Notes: a model not told the origin generated them from the sequence alone. 60,287 nt of DNA, filler included, from Globobulimina sp. (GCA_003354225.1; 7 parts of 7 records of this genome joined end to end with filler, not necessarily neighbours in it), one strand, 5' to 3'. Counted from the whole stretch's first letter, positions 21,547-35,415 are shown. Program-made: numbers and translations.

Positions 21547-22778
21547 TTAAGAAATGGTGAGCATAAAATTAAATAAATTATTTATTTGCTGAGAATTTCT
21601 ATCTACAAATTCACACAAATCAATAGGATACATTCTGTCTTTAATAAATTGCAGATAAATAATGAAACAATATTCATTATATCTAATATACCAATATTCG
21701 AATTGTTCATGAATGAACTTGCAACAATTTATTTTATCATTAATCCTTACACTAAGCGATAATTTATAATCATGATCATTCTCCAAATGCTGTATGGCCA
21801 ATTTCAAATATTCAAACTTGTCATTTGGTTGAAATTCATATTTTAATAATGGATACATTTCAATTTTCTTTACTTTACATAAACAACAAAGCAAATGCTT
21901 GCAAATTGAGTTGTAACCAAATTCCGTTTCTGCAACTTTTCTGCTACGTTTTGGTTCCTTGTAATCATGACACAATGCATCAAATTCATGTTCTTCATCG
22001 TCAGCATTAAGTGCCATCAGTTCATTATCCTATGTACATTGCTGTTGCATATATTCGATCACAAATTTACAAAAAAAAGAAACCTCAGTAACTTTTACGA
22101 TGTTGGTATATTTGTGATTGGCATCAATAAAATTAAAATATTTCTCATCGCAAAAAATCCAACAATTTAGGACTGCTCTCAATGTTTTTGTCATCAGATT
22201 AGCTACGATTTCGTTGAATAATTCTGTAACATTTATGTGGATGCTTTGCATAAATCTATTTATTATCAACTATATGTCTCTAGTCACAAGATAACAAAAT
22301 TCCGATGGATTTTTCTTAACTGTTTTAATAATTGAAACCTCTGGTTCTCATCTTCAACGTTTAATATTTTGCTTATGAAGTACTCTTCAAATTTGTTGGA
22401 GAGCATTTCAATCATTTTGCATGATATTTGGTAGGATATTTTGGTGGAATGTATGGTGCATAAAATGTACGGAAGATCGGCAATTGAATGAAATAAGATT
22501 AACAGCTCTTTGTTCAATGTAATCGAACGGATTGAATTATTCTCAGATTCCGGTGATTTCTTTTCTTTGTTGATAGTGTGTAGTTTTGGTGGAAGATATG
22601 TAATAAAAACTAAACTTGAATAAAGTTAGCATTGCAATATAAACTAAATAGCATTGTGGACAAATACAAGACATCATAACTTTCCTTCACATCAGATGCA
22701 AAACCAAAACGATCAGTGTATTTTTTATGTAATAATAATGTGCCATCATCATTGTTGAAAATTATTAAACCATTCATT
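21547..22778 (-). CDS. Multi-exon hypothetical protein with possible N-terminal longin-like fold
   Basis: Four successive minus-strand ORFs separated by short gaps. MNGLIIFNNDDGTLLLHKKY resembles a longin-domain start. Confidence 0.4.
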
Positions 22779-23496
22779 TTGCAAATTTCTGAGTGGTGGG
22801 CAGTGAGCACAAACATATCCAAAATGAAAACAAGTTGTATCATGTCAGAGATAGGACAATAGTCTTAAGCGAGATATCACACAATAAGTGATAATGTCAG
22901 GCGATACACATCAGTCCATTAAAAATTCAACTCAAATATTAATATCTGTCGCAAATATATTTTAAATAATATGCAATAACATTTAAAAGTTTTTTTAACA
23001 TTGAATAAAATCAAGAAAAACACATGAATAAATCAAACTAAATTATTTCTGAATTCCAAGCTTTTTCTCAGGTAATTTTTTTTTATTGGATAAATAATTT
23101 TGGTTTATTTTGTATTAAATGTCTCCATATTTCTTCATCACGTATTATTTGAATATATTGTCCCGTCAGACAGCTTGTATTATAAACAAGATATATCCAT
23201 TCTGTGCCGCAAACTTAACCGCAGATTGTTGTACATACCAGAATTACTGTGCAATAAGTCCCAAGTCACATTTATTGACAATTACAATCACAAACACATC
23301 GTACGGTTCTTCAAAACACTAAGAAATCAATTTTTTTTAATTCGATGTTGGTTGTAGTTTTACCCGGCCACAGTATGTTGATACGCTGGTTTTAGCAAAT
23401 CCATGTCCATGATTAAGGTGCCATGTTTAGAGTAGGTGTGGTTTGAAAGGAAAACTTTGACAAGATATAACATTATAATTAGTCATTACTCATTAC

Positions 23497-24600
23497 TCAC
23501 TTACCACGAAGATCAGTTGAGCTTTTCTCCAACTGCAATTCAACAGCAGTCGTAGCAATCTTGCTTTCTTCCCTTGATCCCCATTCCGACCATGAGCCAT
23601 CATATAAGCGTAATGGTTGGAAATCAGGATCTAACTCATCATTATAATCTTCATATTGAATGCAAGCAATAGCAAAATTTATAATGGCCGCAGATACACC
23701 ACTCCCACATGTCGATACAATGGGTTGTGAAATATTAATCCGTCTCTCTCGGAAGAGATCCCTTAATTCCTTCACACTCTTAAAATGTAATCCATTCTCT
23801 TTTAATAAATGTTTATAACATAAACTAACAGAGGTTGGAATATGACCATTCACAAATCTCTCCAATGAGCGCGCATCAACAATTAAGATATCATCACCTT
23901 CGACACCGGCAATAATCCTATTCATATCCCGATAATTGGCAAAGGATTGTTTGTTAAATTTAGCTGAAAACGCTTTCTGTTCTTTTTGATAACCGCCAGT
24001 CATCGGCCCTTCCTCAAGTACTCTGCCTTCTCTTTTCCATGCTGGGAATCCACCATCTAACACACTCACATTCTTAGCACCCATCGATTTCAGCATGTAC
24101 CATGCACGCGGAGATCTAAATATTTTTATTATCCTTAAGATAAAGATAAAGATAAGATATCATAACGAGAATATTCCAACACAATCATAAACAATTATAA
24201 TATCGTCGTGTTTTACACCAATTTGAGACATCGCCACTTCAAAGTCTTGCTGAGATGGCATCATTCGCGGCCATTTAGATGACTTATCTCGGATTTCATT
24301 AATATCAAAAAACGTAGCACCGGGAATTCGTTGCTGAGAGAACTCTTTGGCTGCATCGCGTTGAGTGTCCGCCAAATGAAACGAGCCATCAAGAATTTTT
24401 ACATTTTCACGTTCTAATTGGGTTTGCAACCATTCGCCAGTGACTAATGGTGGTAATTCTGTCTGTGCTGGAATTAAAAATAAAGGGATAACCATAACGA
24501 ATGTTTAAAAACATACCCTGGTTGAATAGAATGGACGTATGTTGGTTAATTTCAACGCCGATTGGTTTTTAAAAGCTTTCCGTGTGACTCGTGCAAGCAT
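23497..24600 (-). CDS. MPST: 3-mercaptopyruvate/thiosulfate sulfurtransferase (tandem rhodanese), three exons, with probable mitochondrial presequence
   Basis: RIPGATFFDI, active-site loop CGSGVSA, LYDGSWSEWG. Introns at about 24463..24516 and 24116..24166. Basic N-terminus MLARVTRKAF. Confidence 0.9.
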
Positions 24601-24652
24601 TATAAATTAAGTTAAAGTTTTTCAACTGAAAACATTATTATAACAATACAAA

Positions 24653-25738
24653 TTACGTTGTTAACAATAACGCACTGACACCATCAAATTTGCGAAACAC
24701 AGCAAGGTAAGATAAAATATAAATTTCTTGAAGGATCAATGCCAATAATTCACATACCGATGACAAAGCAGATAAATCCAATTTGCCAAACGTAATAATG
24801 CCTGCAAATGAGATCCAATACGCAAAGCAACAGCCTCTTCGTGTTAACATGCAATAATGAATACTGTTGGAGGTGCTGTCAATCCAAAATACTTCTGTAA
24901 CCATATAAGCTCCAAAAACAAAAAACATTAATCCTGTGAAGATATAATGTGTCAATGGGAATTTTTTAACAGGAAATGTTGGGACACCAGAAGCAAATGC
25001 ACGAGTGAATAGTCCTAAAAATAGCGCCACTTTAGCCGCAGTATAATCGATATCGATATCTGATCTTTCTCCCTCTGTTATTAACATATAATTATCTGGC
25101 AATAACGATTGATACCGCATCAATATCTGTACACATAACATGCATATTGTATTATTTTATGGAAAACACTATAATGACTTAACTATCAAAGCAAATAAGA
25201 TATTTGATACAGAAACGCCGAGGGTGGCAATCTGATGTCCAGGACCATCATTTATTGAATATGAATAATAAAATTTTTGTTGAGCCATAGATGTTTCTGA
25301 TCCATCTTTATGTAATCTGTCCATTGGCAATTGCTCGGAATTTGTATCGATGTCATTTGAGTTTGTAGAAATATGCAATTTCTTTTTGAGATAAGATTTA
25401 TACCAAACAAAATATGGGGCGCTAAATATTAACACATTAATTAAACCATGTAACAGAATTAATGTTGCTCTGAAGCCAGTTCTTGATTTAGGACCACATG
25501 CCATGCAATTGCGTTTTTTACAGTTGATATAAGGAATCAGCGCAAATAATATTGAAAAAACAATGCCTCCAATGAAGAATAATGTTATTATCAGTAAATG
25601 AATTTTTGTCATCCAGTCTGGCCATGTTTTGTGGAAACGTTTGCTTGATTGTGTTGTTGCTGTTTCTGTTGAAGATATTGAGTCTTTTGATGGATTCTCA
25701 ATGTCAAGTGATGAATGATTGGACATAGTCGACATACA
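24653..25738 (-). CDS. Multi-TM protein, possibly Frag1/DRAM/Sfk1-like, two exons
   Basis: Two adjacent hydrophobic ORFs with YSYSINDGPGHQI, THYIFTGLMF and CELLAL motifs. Confidence 0.45.
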
Positions 25739-25899
25739 GTAATGAATTATAATTTTTAAATTATAATGTATAAAAATCTGATTATGAGTTGAAAGCAATA
25801 CTATTTGCTCGGATTATGACGAGTATATATGGCATCTGCATCTGCATCTGCTTAAACAAGTGCAAGTTGATAAAACAATCCCTAATAATTAATTATAAA

Positions 25900-25999
25900 N
25901 NNNNNNNNNNNNNNNNNNNNNNNNNNNNNNNNNNNNNNNNNNNTTAATTAATTAANNNNNNNNNNNNNNNNNNNNNNNNNNNNNNNNNNNNNNNNNNNN
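25900..25999. other. Artificial contig spacer
   Basis: N-run, TTAATTAATTAA, N-run; 100 bp. Confidence 0.99.
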
Positions 26000-26200
26000 A
26001 GTCGTTAAAACGTTTCTGAGTTTTATCAGTCAGCAATTAATTACGAAATAAGAGTTTACAAGTTGCAAATGCATAAAGTATTTATTATTTGCAGCTGCGC
26101 CGAGCAGACTGTCGATTATGAATTATTATGATCATAATTGAATATATACCGCATTAATTTCAACTACTTATCAATCAAAAAGGTAAAGTAAGCAATAGGA

Positions 26201-27238
26201 ATGTCGATGTATTTAAAAAGCCCACTAAAAAAGACATTTTATCCACGGACTCCCAGCAAATCGCCCATTGCATCAAAAGCAAAGATTAAATCACCAGAGA
26301 GACTCAGAAACAATTTATTGAAACGGTTTGCAAATTGCGAGAAAGACGAAATCGTTTCTTTCCATAACGTGCAGAATAAACAATTGTTTTCGCCGAAGTA
26401 CGTTGATATTAATACCACTCAGCACGTCCAAGATGACAAGGTATTGCACTCTCAGTCTCCGCCGGCTTCGCCATTAAAGAAACGGGAAACTTTGGATCAA
26501 CAATGTGCGGAATCCGTCCTTTCCATAAAACGTTCATTGTGGAGTTCCACCGGCGATGAGATTGACAGTTTTTTGTTCATGAAATACGCTCCGGAATTAC
26601 CAACAAACTATTTTGCCAACAAAGAGCCTGTATTACCGCCGCAAATCAAAACTAAATATCGTGGCAGATACACATTGGTCTTAGATTTGGACGAGACTTT
26701 GGTGCATTGTTCGGTCAACAAAGTGGAAAATCAAAAATGTGACACAGTGTTCCCAGTCGTGTTTAATGGCCAAACCTATAGCGTGTACATGAAGAAACGG
26801 CCGTTTTTCGCAGAGTTTCTGGAAGCAGTTTCGCAGATATTTGAAGTTGTAGTTTTCACCGCGTCTCAACAGTGTTACGCCGATAAATTATTAAATTTGG
26901 TGGATGCGGAGGGGAAGTTGGTGCATCATCGCTTATTTCGGCAGCATTGTATCAATGTGGAAGGCAATTTTGTGAAAGATTTGCGTGTTTTAGGCAGAGA
27001 TTTAAAAAAGACCATAATTGTCGACAATTCGCCAGCGGCCTTTACCTATCAAATGGATAATGGCGTTCCAATTGTTTCATGGCACGATGATGAATATGAC
27101 GACCAATTGTTGAAAATGATACCCTTATTACAGAAATTAGCCACTTTGCCTGATGTTACATCCGCCATTAAGAAATATTTCGAGATGAAGAAGCTGTTGA
27201 ACTCTTTAAATAATTATAATACAATCAGACAAGATTAA
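26201..27238 (+). CDS. CTD small phosphatase-like (NIF/FCP1 HAD family, CTDSPL2-like)
   Basis: TLVLDLDETLVH, KKRPF, VVFTAS, VKDLRVLGRDL, IIVDNSP. Confidence 0.93.
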   Translation: MSMYLKSPLKKTFYPRTPSKSPIASKAKIKSPERLRNNLLKRFANCEKDEIVSFHNVQNKQLFSPKYVDINTTQHVQDDKVLHSQSPPASPLKKRETLDQQCAESVLSIKRSLWSSTGDEIDSFLFMKYAPELPTNYFANKEPVLPPQIKTKYRGRYTLVLDLDETLVHCSVNKVENQKCDTVFPVVFNGQTYSVYMKKRPFFAEFLEAVSQIFEVVVFTASQQCYADKLLNLVDAEGKLVHHRLFRQHCINVEGNFVKDLRVLGRDLKKTIIVDNSPAAFTYQMDNGVPIVSWHDDEYDDQLLKMIPLLQKLATLPDVTSAIKKYFEMKKLLNSLNNYNTIRQD

Positions 27239-27332
27239 CATTTGGAATCAATTCAAGTCACTTAAATACGCTGTTTAATTAACAGAAATTACAACCAATA
27301 GTAATCAAACAAAACAACAATCCATAGACACA

Positions 27333-29228
27333 TTAATTGAGTTTCAGTATTTGTCCGATATTCCCACCAGGATGATTCACCTTAAATCCATCCATTGTTT
27401 CTTTTTGTTGTTCATCATGCAATACAGTGATAACTGCATTTATAAAAGCTTCCTGAACAATAATTGATCGCGATGGGACACATCCCATTACTTCTTTTTT
27501 CTCATGATTTCCTAAATAAATAACATTATCTACAATATGACCCATCCAATTATCGCTGGTTCCATATTGTTTGACATCCTCTTTATTAATACAAAAAACA
27601 CCAAATATATTTGCATTATCCACGCAAACTCTCTCCTTTGCTATCCATTTTATCGCAGCATACAACTCCATGGTCCTCCCGCTGGAACTAAATGCAATCA
27701 ATACACTCTTTGAATTATTATCTTTTAACTTTAATTTACCAAAATCGCCATGAACCCACTCGCTACCATTTACATATTCAGCTGGATAGCCAATAGAACT
27801 CAGACTGGCAGCCATCCGTTGGGCCATTATTCCTGATTTGCCAATCCCACTCACAAATATTTTATCTACTTTCAATATCTCGGCCACCAATCCATTAATC
27901 TGTTGCTCAAATTCATTCATATTAAATAATTCCGTCAATGTCTCACAATCTGTCAATATACTGCTCATCGCCGATGATACCTCATATTCCATTGCAATAT
28001 TTGGAATTGGATTAGCTTTTATCATATCAATCAAACTTGCATTCAATTGCAACAATCTATTTTCTGAATGCCTATCAGTCAAAATTGGCAAAGCACCCAA
28101 GATCTCCACACAAGCGGCACCGGCACACTTTGCAATGTTGCCAATTCTTTCCAATTCTTGATAGGTTTCTGGCATTCCATAATGATAAATACCGGCAATA
28201 ATTCCACCAAAAAATGCATCGCCTGCACCTGAAACACAATTGAATAATTGACAAAAAATAGCATAACACAGAAAGTATTCAATTGTAACCTGTACTGTCT
28301 ATTTGTTGAATGTTTGGCAATGGCTCAATTTCTACAATTTCATCATTATTCAAAATAACAGCACCTTTCTTACCGTTTGTAATAGCAATGAATTTGCTGT
28401 CTTTAAATCGTGATTTTAATTCTTTGGAAATGTCACGCAATCCCTCCATAGCCATGTTTGCCACATCCTTTTCATTCATATTTATTTGTAATAATTGAAT
28501 TTCTGCTTCTAATGTTGGTTTAATAATTGTTGATTTCGACAGTGATTCAAATATTTCATCCATACTTCCCAGATTTGCATCGCTTATCGCTACCGATGGC
28601 GGTACATCAACATCGATTATTGACGGAATTCCGTATTTTTGGCACAAGTTTAACATTGCAATCACACAATTTAATGGTACTTGCGATATTTCTGTGGAGA
28701 ATAAACAAGTGTTTTTATCTTGGAAATGTGTAGAAAATATATCATTTACAATGTCTTTGTTAATCAGAGAAGTGGAACCTGGTGCCATCATAATGCATCT
28801 TTCACCATTTGCATCTAAGAAAATATGTGACACAGAGGTGCAATAAGTGGAAGAAATATCAATTTTTTGGGTGTCAATGTCTAATTCTTTGAGTTTGTTT
28901 CGAATTAATATGCCATGTTCAGCATCATCTTCAAGCGCTAATAATGACGTTGGTGCACCTAACAAACGAGCCCAACAAAGATGATTCAATGTGACACCAC
29001 CAACTAACTTAGCACTGATTGGTTCTGTTGGGTTTTGAAAAAAGCCTTTTTGGCCAGCAAGTGGTAATGACTCCACTTTATGGAATATGTCAACTACATT
29101 GCTAGATATATATTTAATGTGTGTATATATTCCAGGTTTGTGCAATTGAATGGATATACAAAATACCTTCCACAACCTACAACGTGTCGTGGATTGCACG
29201 TTCGCTGTAAATTGTGCAAAAGTGTCAT
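27333..29228 (-). CDS. PfkB-family sugar kinase fused to a KpsF/GutQ-like SIS isomerase domain, three exons (introns 29102..29166 and 28229..28289)
   Basis: Splicing rebuilds VVGCGS|NVVD and the PfkB signature IDSTG|AGDAFFGG. The same frame continues into GIGKSG, EWVHGDFG, FSSSGRT and FKVNHPGGNIG. Confidence 0.85.
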
Positions 29229-29273
29229 GCCTCTTTTTTTAGTAAGTCAGTAAGTCAGTGTCATGCCTCTTTT
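29221..29273. repeat. 17-bp direct repeat around a short tandem duplication
   Basis: AGTGTCATGCCTCTTTT at 29221 and 29257, flanking two copies of AGTAAGTC. Confidence 0.8.
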
Positions 29274-29274
29274 A

Positions 29275-31673
29275 TTAGACTTTACATTTTTTACAAAACT
29301 GAACAATCAGTCTTAGAATATCTCGAGGAACCGTGAGTGTACAATGCCTTTGCCGAATATAACCCGACATAAAGAGCTTGAGGTTTCTATATTTTAATAG
29401 TTTGACAGCTTCATGTATTCCATAACCAGATAATTGCAGTTGCACTACATCTTTATTCCAGATTGATGCTGATTTTTCATGATTTGGATTAATACAAAAT
29501 ATGAAATATGGTTCCGAGTTTGCTATATTTTCAAATAAATTTCTCATCATCAAAGTAAAAACACGAGTTCTTGATTTTTTTCTTCTGCTCTTTCGTCTAA
29601 AACCAACTGTTCCTTTCAATATCTCATTGGTTGATTTTTTCATCATTGTACCTGTGTCACAATGCATTAATTCCATGTTTTTATAGAGAAATTGCGATAA
29701 ATCATAAGTAATATCAGCATTGAAATGATTCACTATCATGCCATTAAACCGTACGCGTGAACCCTTCTTTTTCTTTTTAGACTTTTTGGGCATTGCCCCT
29801 CTGCACTGTCCAGATGCTCTACGTGTAACTTTGCCAAATATGTCACGCTTTGCATGTCGTTTAAAGAATTCCTGTAAAAACGCTGCAATGTCAGGTTTTG
29901 GTGCCTTACACGCCCCATCTAACAGTGCAAAAAAACCAGTGTTTTTAGCATCCATTAATTCAACATATTTTGTATCCATTTCAAAACACTCTGATTTCCA
30001 TTTTATAGCTTCATCCTCGACATCGCCAACAATATAATAATTAAAGTATTCTTGCAATTTTTCATTGCAGTGATTAGCGCACAAATGATACAAATTATTA
30101 ACATTAAAATTCTGATAACCCATTGCATCTAAAATGGAAATAAAACTTATGTCTTTCACATTAAATTCAGCAGAAAAATCTAACTCCGCATTGATTCTCT
30201 CACAAATCCATAAAAATAGATTTTCATAAAGACCGCGAGCCATATAATCTCTGTTTGATACGGCATCCGATTCCGATCCGCAACAGCCACTGTAAGCAGT
30301 GCGGTCATATACTAATTTCCTACGAATCCTTTTTCCGATGAAAATCGTTTGAGTGCTTAATCTTTCTTCCAATGCTCGTGTTGTAATACCCCACAAAGAT
30401 GATACAGTTTGAACAAATTGCATCGAATTTGCATCAATTTCAGCAAACCCATCACCGCGTCGTTTGAATGTAATATTACCCAAATGCATTATTCCTGATA
30501 CTATGTCAAATATCATTTCCTGCGCAGACTCGTCAATTTGTAACACTTTGAATGAATGTTTTAATTTTTCAAACCTTTCTTTGTCATCACTGCAACACAT
30601 TGAATCGAAACCGTTGTTGAGATAATTAAACTGCTCAACAGATTGCGAAGCATCATATGTATGGAGCATATAAAATATATGAAAACTACGTTGATGGAGT
30701 GCTTGATGTGTTACTCTTGATTTTTCCAATAAATATGTGTCCAAATACATACCTAAAATATCTGCTGTTTTGTCTGAATTTTGTGGCACCGCATATAATA
30801 ATTTTATATATTGACTGAAGCGCGAAGAGTTATTATTTCTCATTGTTTTTGCATTACCAAACGCTTCCAATACAGACACAAACTCAAGAATCTGTTCCTT
30901 CATTTTAAGGTTATTCCATGATGATGGAGGGGATGCCGTTGATGCCAGATATTTGATCAATAATTTTGCTGTTTCAGTCTAAGTATAGAATAAAAACTAT
31001 ATAGTTAATTGCAAAGTAATTGTACAGTTTTAACTTTTCCTGATCCTGATTCACCACAAATAATGATAGATTGGTTGGATTTTGATTGGACCATTTTGGT
31101 AAACGCATCGGCAGCAATAGAATATGGGTGTAATGTATTGGATAATATGCCTTTTTTAGACTGATTATTAAATTTAATGATCATATCTTGCCCATAAATG
31201 GATAATTTGTTGTAAGGATTAACTGATAATAAAACATTTATATCTTTGATTGAAGTATAATATGATTTGCTTGGTTGGCTATATCTGCACAGCATATTAT
31301 GATCAATGTTTTCTACGCCAAAATGTATTAATTGGGACAGATCATCAACGCCATCCAAGCATTTTGAATTGCCAATATATTGCGTGTTTTCTTTGCAATC
31401 ACTTCTATTTCTGCTTATTTTATTGTCTGCTTCTTTTGGAACATTAAGTTTAATAACTTGATGAATTTGCTTCAATTGCAACTGTGTCAATACATATTCA
31501 TTGCGGTAGTTTGTAGATAAACAGTGACTTAATATCGTATCGATGCCACCGAGTATGCTCACTAATTGTTCAGCTTTTTGTGCATTGTTTGCGCCAACAG
31601 ATAATTGTTGGTCATGCAGACTTTTCAAATCTGATTTGCTAAGCACCGCAGCTACTTCTTGGTCGAAGCTCAT
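29275..31673 (-). CDS. Truncated, degenerate myosin motor-domain protein, two exons (intron 30979..31034)
   Basis: LLSVNPY, P-loop GESGSGK|TE across the intron, LEAFGNAKTMRNNNSSRF, NEKLQ, FCINPN. Ends before the converter and IQ region. Confidence 0.85.
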
Positions 31674-31739
31674 TGACAGAAAACGCTTAGCAACATCACA
31701 AAAAACAATTGAACAAAACATGTACAAACAATAAATTAT

Positions 31740-34549
31740 TTAATTTGCCACTTTTAGCTCAGCAATTACAATATGGTTTGACGTTGATCCCCAATATTCG
31801 CGATCATATTCTCTAAATTCATCGATATCATCCTCATCATCGCTTTGATTGTTTGAGAATCCCGATGACAAATCATCACTGCATGAATTTTTACAAATGG
31901 TTAAGATGGCCACAAAGCCAATGAGTATAATCAATACCCACCACACAAAAAAAAAGAAAAAATAGCACGAAACAATGTCCGCCAAAGCCCAAAAGGGTGT
32001 AATTAATTGGTTCTCCATATGTTCTTTATCAAACGGCCGATAACAGTATTGACAAAACAATGTATTGATAGTCAAATGTTTCAATAAATTCTTATCCAAT
32101 GCATCCAACTTGGTTTTTCTTTGAGTTTCGTAAATGTTGAAATATTGATTCATCGCAATGCCGTGAAAAGCATGCGACTCAAAATTGTTGTTCTTGATCC
32201 TCTGCTTTGCGATGCAATTATAACAAGCGTCGTGATATACATTCCATTGCACCGAAGCACCGCAAGCAAAATAGTACGACAGCACCAACTTACTCGTACT
32301 CATCAAAAACGTATCACTCTTTTTCTTCCGCGAAGCATGCCATAACCGGCATTTTTTCGAACAAAATTTGCTAAAAAAACCGCACGAATTATAACACTTA
32401 AACCAACAGAATATTCTCCCAAAACATCGGTCGATACACGTCGACGAATCGTGGTTGTTATTCTGCGCCATATCCTCCTCAAATATTATTTTCTTCGCTC
32501 TTTTCTTCTTTGTACTGCTCCGGAAACAATTTAACACATTAAAACTGCGCAAGAAATGATAGTGTCCCGTCGCTAAATAATAATAAATATTCACTGTATC
32601 CGGGAAGAAGAGCGCCGGCAGAAAATTAGCAATGTGGATCATAACCGTGATAATGATGACAAATATGTTGAGCGGCGGCGCCATAAATCTGTTGCGATGC
32701 GACAAATCATACGTGAATTCAGCGCGGGCGTAGGCATATTCTGTATTTGCGCGGGACCGCACCCGTTCAAACTCCGCAGTCATCAAAGCAATCAACAAAT
32801 TCATGCTCAAAATGGTGCCAAACACAATAAAAAAGATGGAGTAAACTTGTGCGACCACCTTCATTGGGTCAGCCTCGTCCTCTTCGTCCCCGACTTTCAA
32901 ATGAGTCTCGACCTCGGCCATTCCCACCAACGACGTGAATAAAAACAGAAAGTGGTCGTAGACACTGTCGTTGTCACTGCCCGGATCGAGCAGATACGGT
33001 ATATTGTCGATGTAATACAAACCAAACAGAAAACCGATGAGAATTGTACCAATAAAGAAGCCGAAACGTACAATTTGTCCCATCATTAGCTCCAACATTC
33101 GGAATAAAATACCAATGTACTGCGCGGATAGAAAGACGCCTAACGAGCGCACGCAGAGTAATACCAACTGGATGGCCCAGAATGTAGTATAAATGCGGGA
33201 CAAATTCCAATTACTTTCCCCATCCAAACCGCCCTGTTTGTAAGGCGATATCCATTCAGCTTCGCCAGCTTTGTCGGTGATCCATTCGCCGACAATGACG
33301 GAATGGATCCGGATGCCTAATAACAGCATCCATAGGAAAGAAATGATGATATCAAAGTAATTCAGCAAGCCGTTGACAGCAAAGTATTGCCTGCCTTGGT
33401 CCGCAAACTCCAGCACTTCGTTGAGTATATAACCGATGTTACCAATCCACAAAATCCACTCCGAATAAGTGATGGGGTCTTGCGGGTAAACGGGCGAATG
33501 CAAAATGTGAATCGCGATGTAAATCAGATATGCCATGTAACATAAACCCGTGGTCCAATTGAAGCCCATCGGCGTCAAATAGAATTGAAAGGGTCTCTGG
33601 AATAACAATGTAAACACTTTCACCCAGTTTTGGTTCCCTTTTTCAATGTCTTCCGTGGGGTCTAAGAAGGCCGAGGCGTACCACACATGGCTCATTACTC
33701 CGTTTATTCTCTCATTGTTCAAAAACTGGATCCGGTCCTGTTCCAAGGCCAACTGCAACAGATTCAAATCTTTGATATAAATCGGAATATCCAACAACGC
33801 ACTCAGCAAATGGTCCGATTCGATGCTATTTATCTGTGATTGGGCAATGCGTTCATAATATTTGCTATACGCTCTCCACTCCATCTCCCGCGCCAGATCT
33901 TCATTTGCGTTCTTCTCCATAAACTCTGCCAAATACAAGGCAGCGGGGACCAAGAAATTCGATCCATCCATCACTTCCCGACACACCTTGGCCACATCCA
34001 CGGGGTCGCCATGTCTCAGTTCGCCGCGGCTTTCGTGCAAGATCTGCAACGCCAACTTATACGGCACGATCCGCAGCAAAATGCCCAATGCCTGCCACAG
34101 CGACGGCAGCTGCTTTGTTTTCAGTAATTGTATAATAAAATGTGCCATCAACTCGCCGTGTAACAGTAAGTTAAACGACTGGGCCACTTCTTGGAACTCG
34201 CGGGTTAAGTCCCGCGGTAAAAACGGGTCTCGTCTGCGCTTGATCGCATTCTTCACGTTCAAATTGGTGCGCGTTGCAGTACGCGACATACCGTGCCCTC
34301 TCCGCGGATTATCGTCAATGATCTTCAACGACACTTGCGACATTTTCGACATCTGCGGACTCAGCACACCGCCGAGGCCAATGGCGGAGTGCGAGTTATA
34401 AGCCAAAGGACTCATGGCATTGTTCGGCGGTATCCCTTTCAGAACATCTCGCATCGTCTGCTGATACGCTCGCGCAGTCTTTGAAATCAACAGTCCCTTT
34501 TCACGCGATTTGGTCCTGCGGGCTGCCGGTATTTGTGAGGCGTGCTGCG
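31740..34549 (-). CDS. TRP-family cation channel, 5' truncated
   Basis: Six-TM block, S6 motif SMNLLIALMTAEFERV, TRP-box-like EYAYARA, MAPPLNIF. Confidence 0.8.
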
Positions 34550-34649
34550 NNNNNNNNNNNNNNNNNNNNNNNNNNNNNNNNNNNNNNNNNNNNTTAATTA
34601 ATTAANNNNNNNNNNNNNNNNNNNNNNNNNNNNNNNNNNNNNNNNNNNN
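34550..34649. other. Artificial contig spacer
   Basis: N-run, TTAATTAATTAA, N-run; 100 bp. Confidence 0.99.
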
Positions 34650-34673
34650 TTACTCTGTAATTATCAAAATTTA

Positions 34674-35415
34674 GTGCGACGAGCAAAAGAAGAGACCAAT
34701 GCATTGACATTAGATCCGGATATTGGTTGTACGCAGAGAGAAACCAAAATAATTAAAATTTGCGACGATGCAATCAATAACATCAACGAGCAACAAATGA
34801 ATATTAAACCGGATGGTGTGTCATTGAAATTTTCTAATGACGCTATCTATGAATATATAGCACAGATTGGGGAGGTTGCTGTTGAGAGACCATTACTTTT
34901 ATTAGAATGTAAAGAAAATGAGACTCAAAATGTAACAAAGTTTGATTCACAATATAAAGGAAAAGATCTGGTGTTGTCTGACTCTGATACTGTTGTCACA
35001 AAGTCAAATTACTCAAATACAACTGATTCTCATCAGAGTGCATTGTTATTAATGACAATGAAGGATAGAAATAAGTATCATTATAAATTTGAAATATTAT
35101 CAGTTGTGTGTTATGATATTTGTGAGCCAATCATTGGAATTGTAAATGTTGCTGCAGTCAATGTTAACACGTTTGTTGGTTCTAGTGACTCCTCATATGG
35201 ATATTATTCATATAAAGCTAGGAAAGGGGAATTTATGCTCATCACGAACAGGTCCTAATTACGGGCAGGAGATGAAAAAAGGAGATGTAATTGATATGTT
35301 TGTGGATATGGATGCATTGACAGTGTCTTATCATCACAATGCAAGGGGTAAATATAAAGCTGCTGTTAGTTTTTATAAACCTGGAAATAGTATTCGATTG
35401 TTGCATACTGTATGA
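34674..35415 (+). pseudogene. Coiled-coil plus SPRY/B30.2-like gene fragment with a frameshift near 35225
   Basis: LVLSDSDTVVTK, IIGIV, SYGYYS in one frame, then YGQEMKKGDVIDMFVDMDALTVSY and YKAAVSF in the next frame. Confidence 0.55.
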
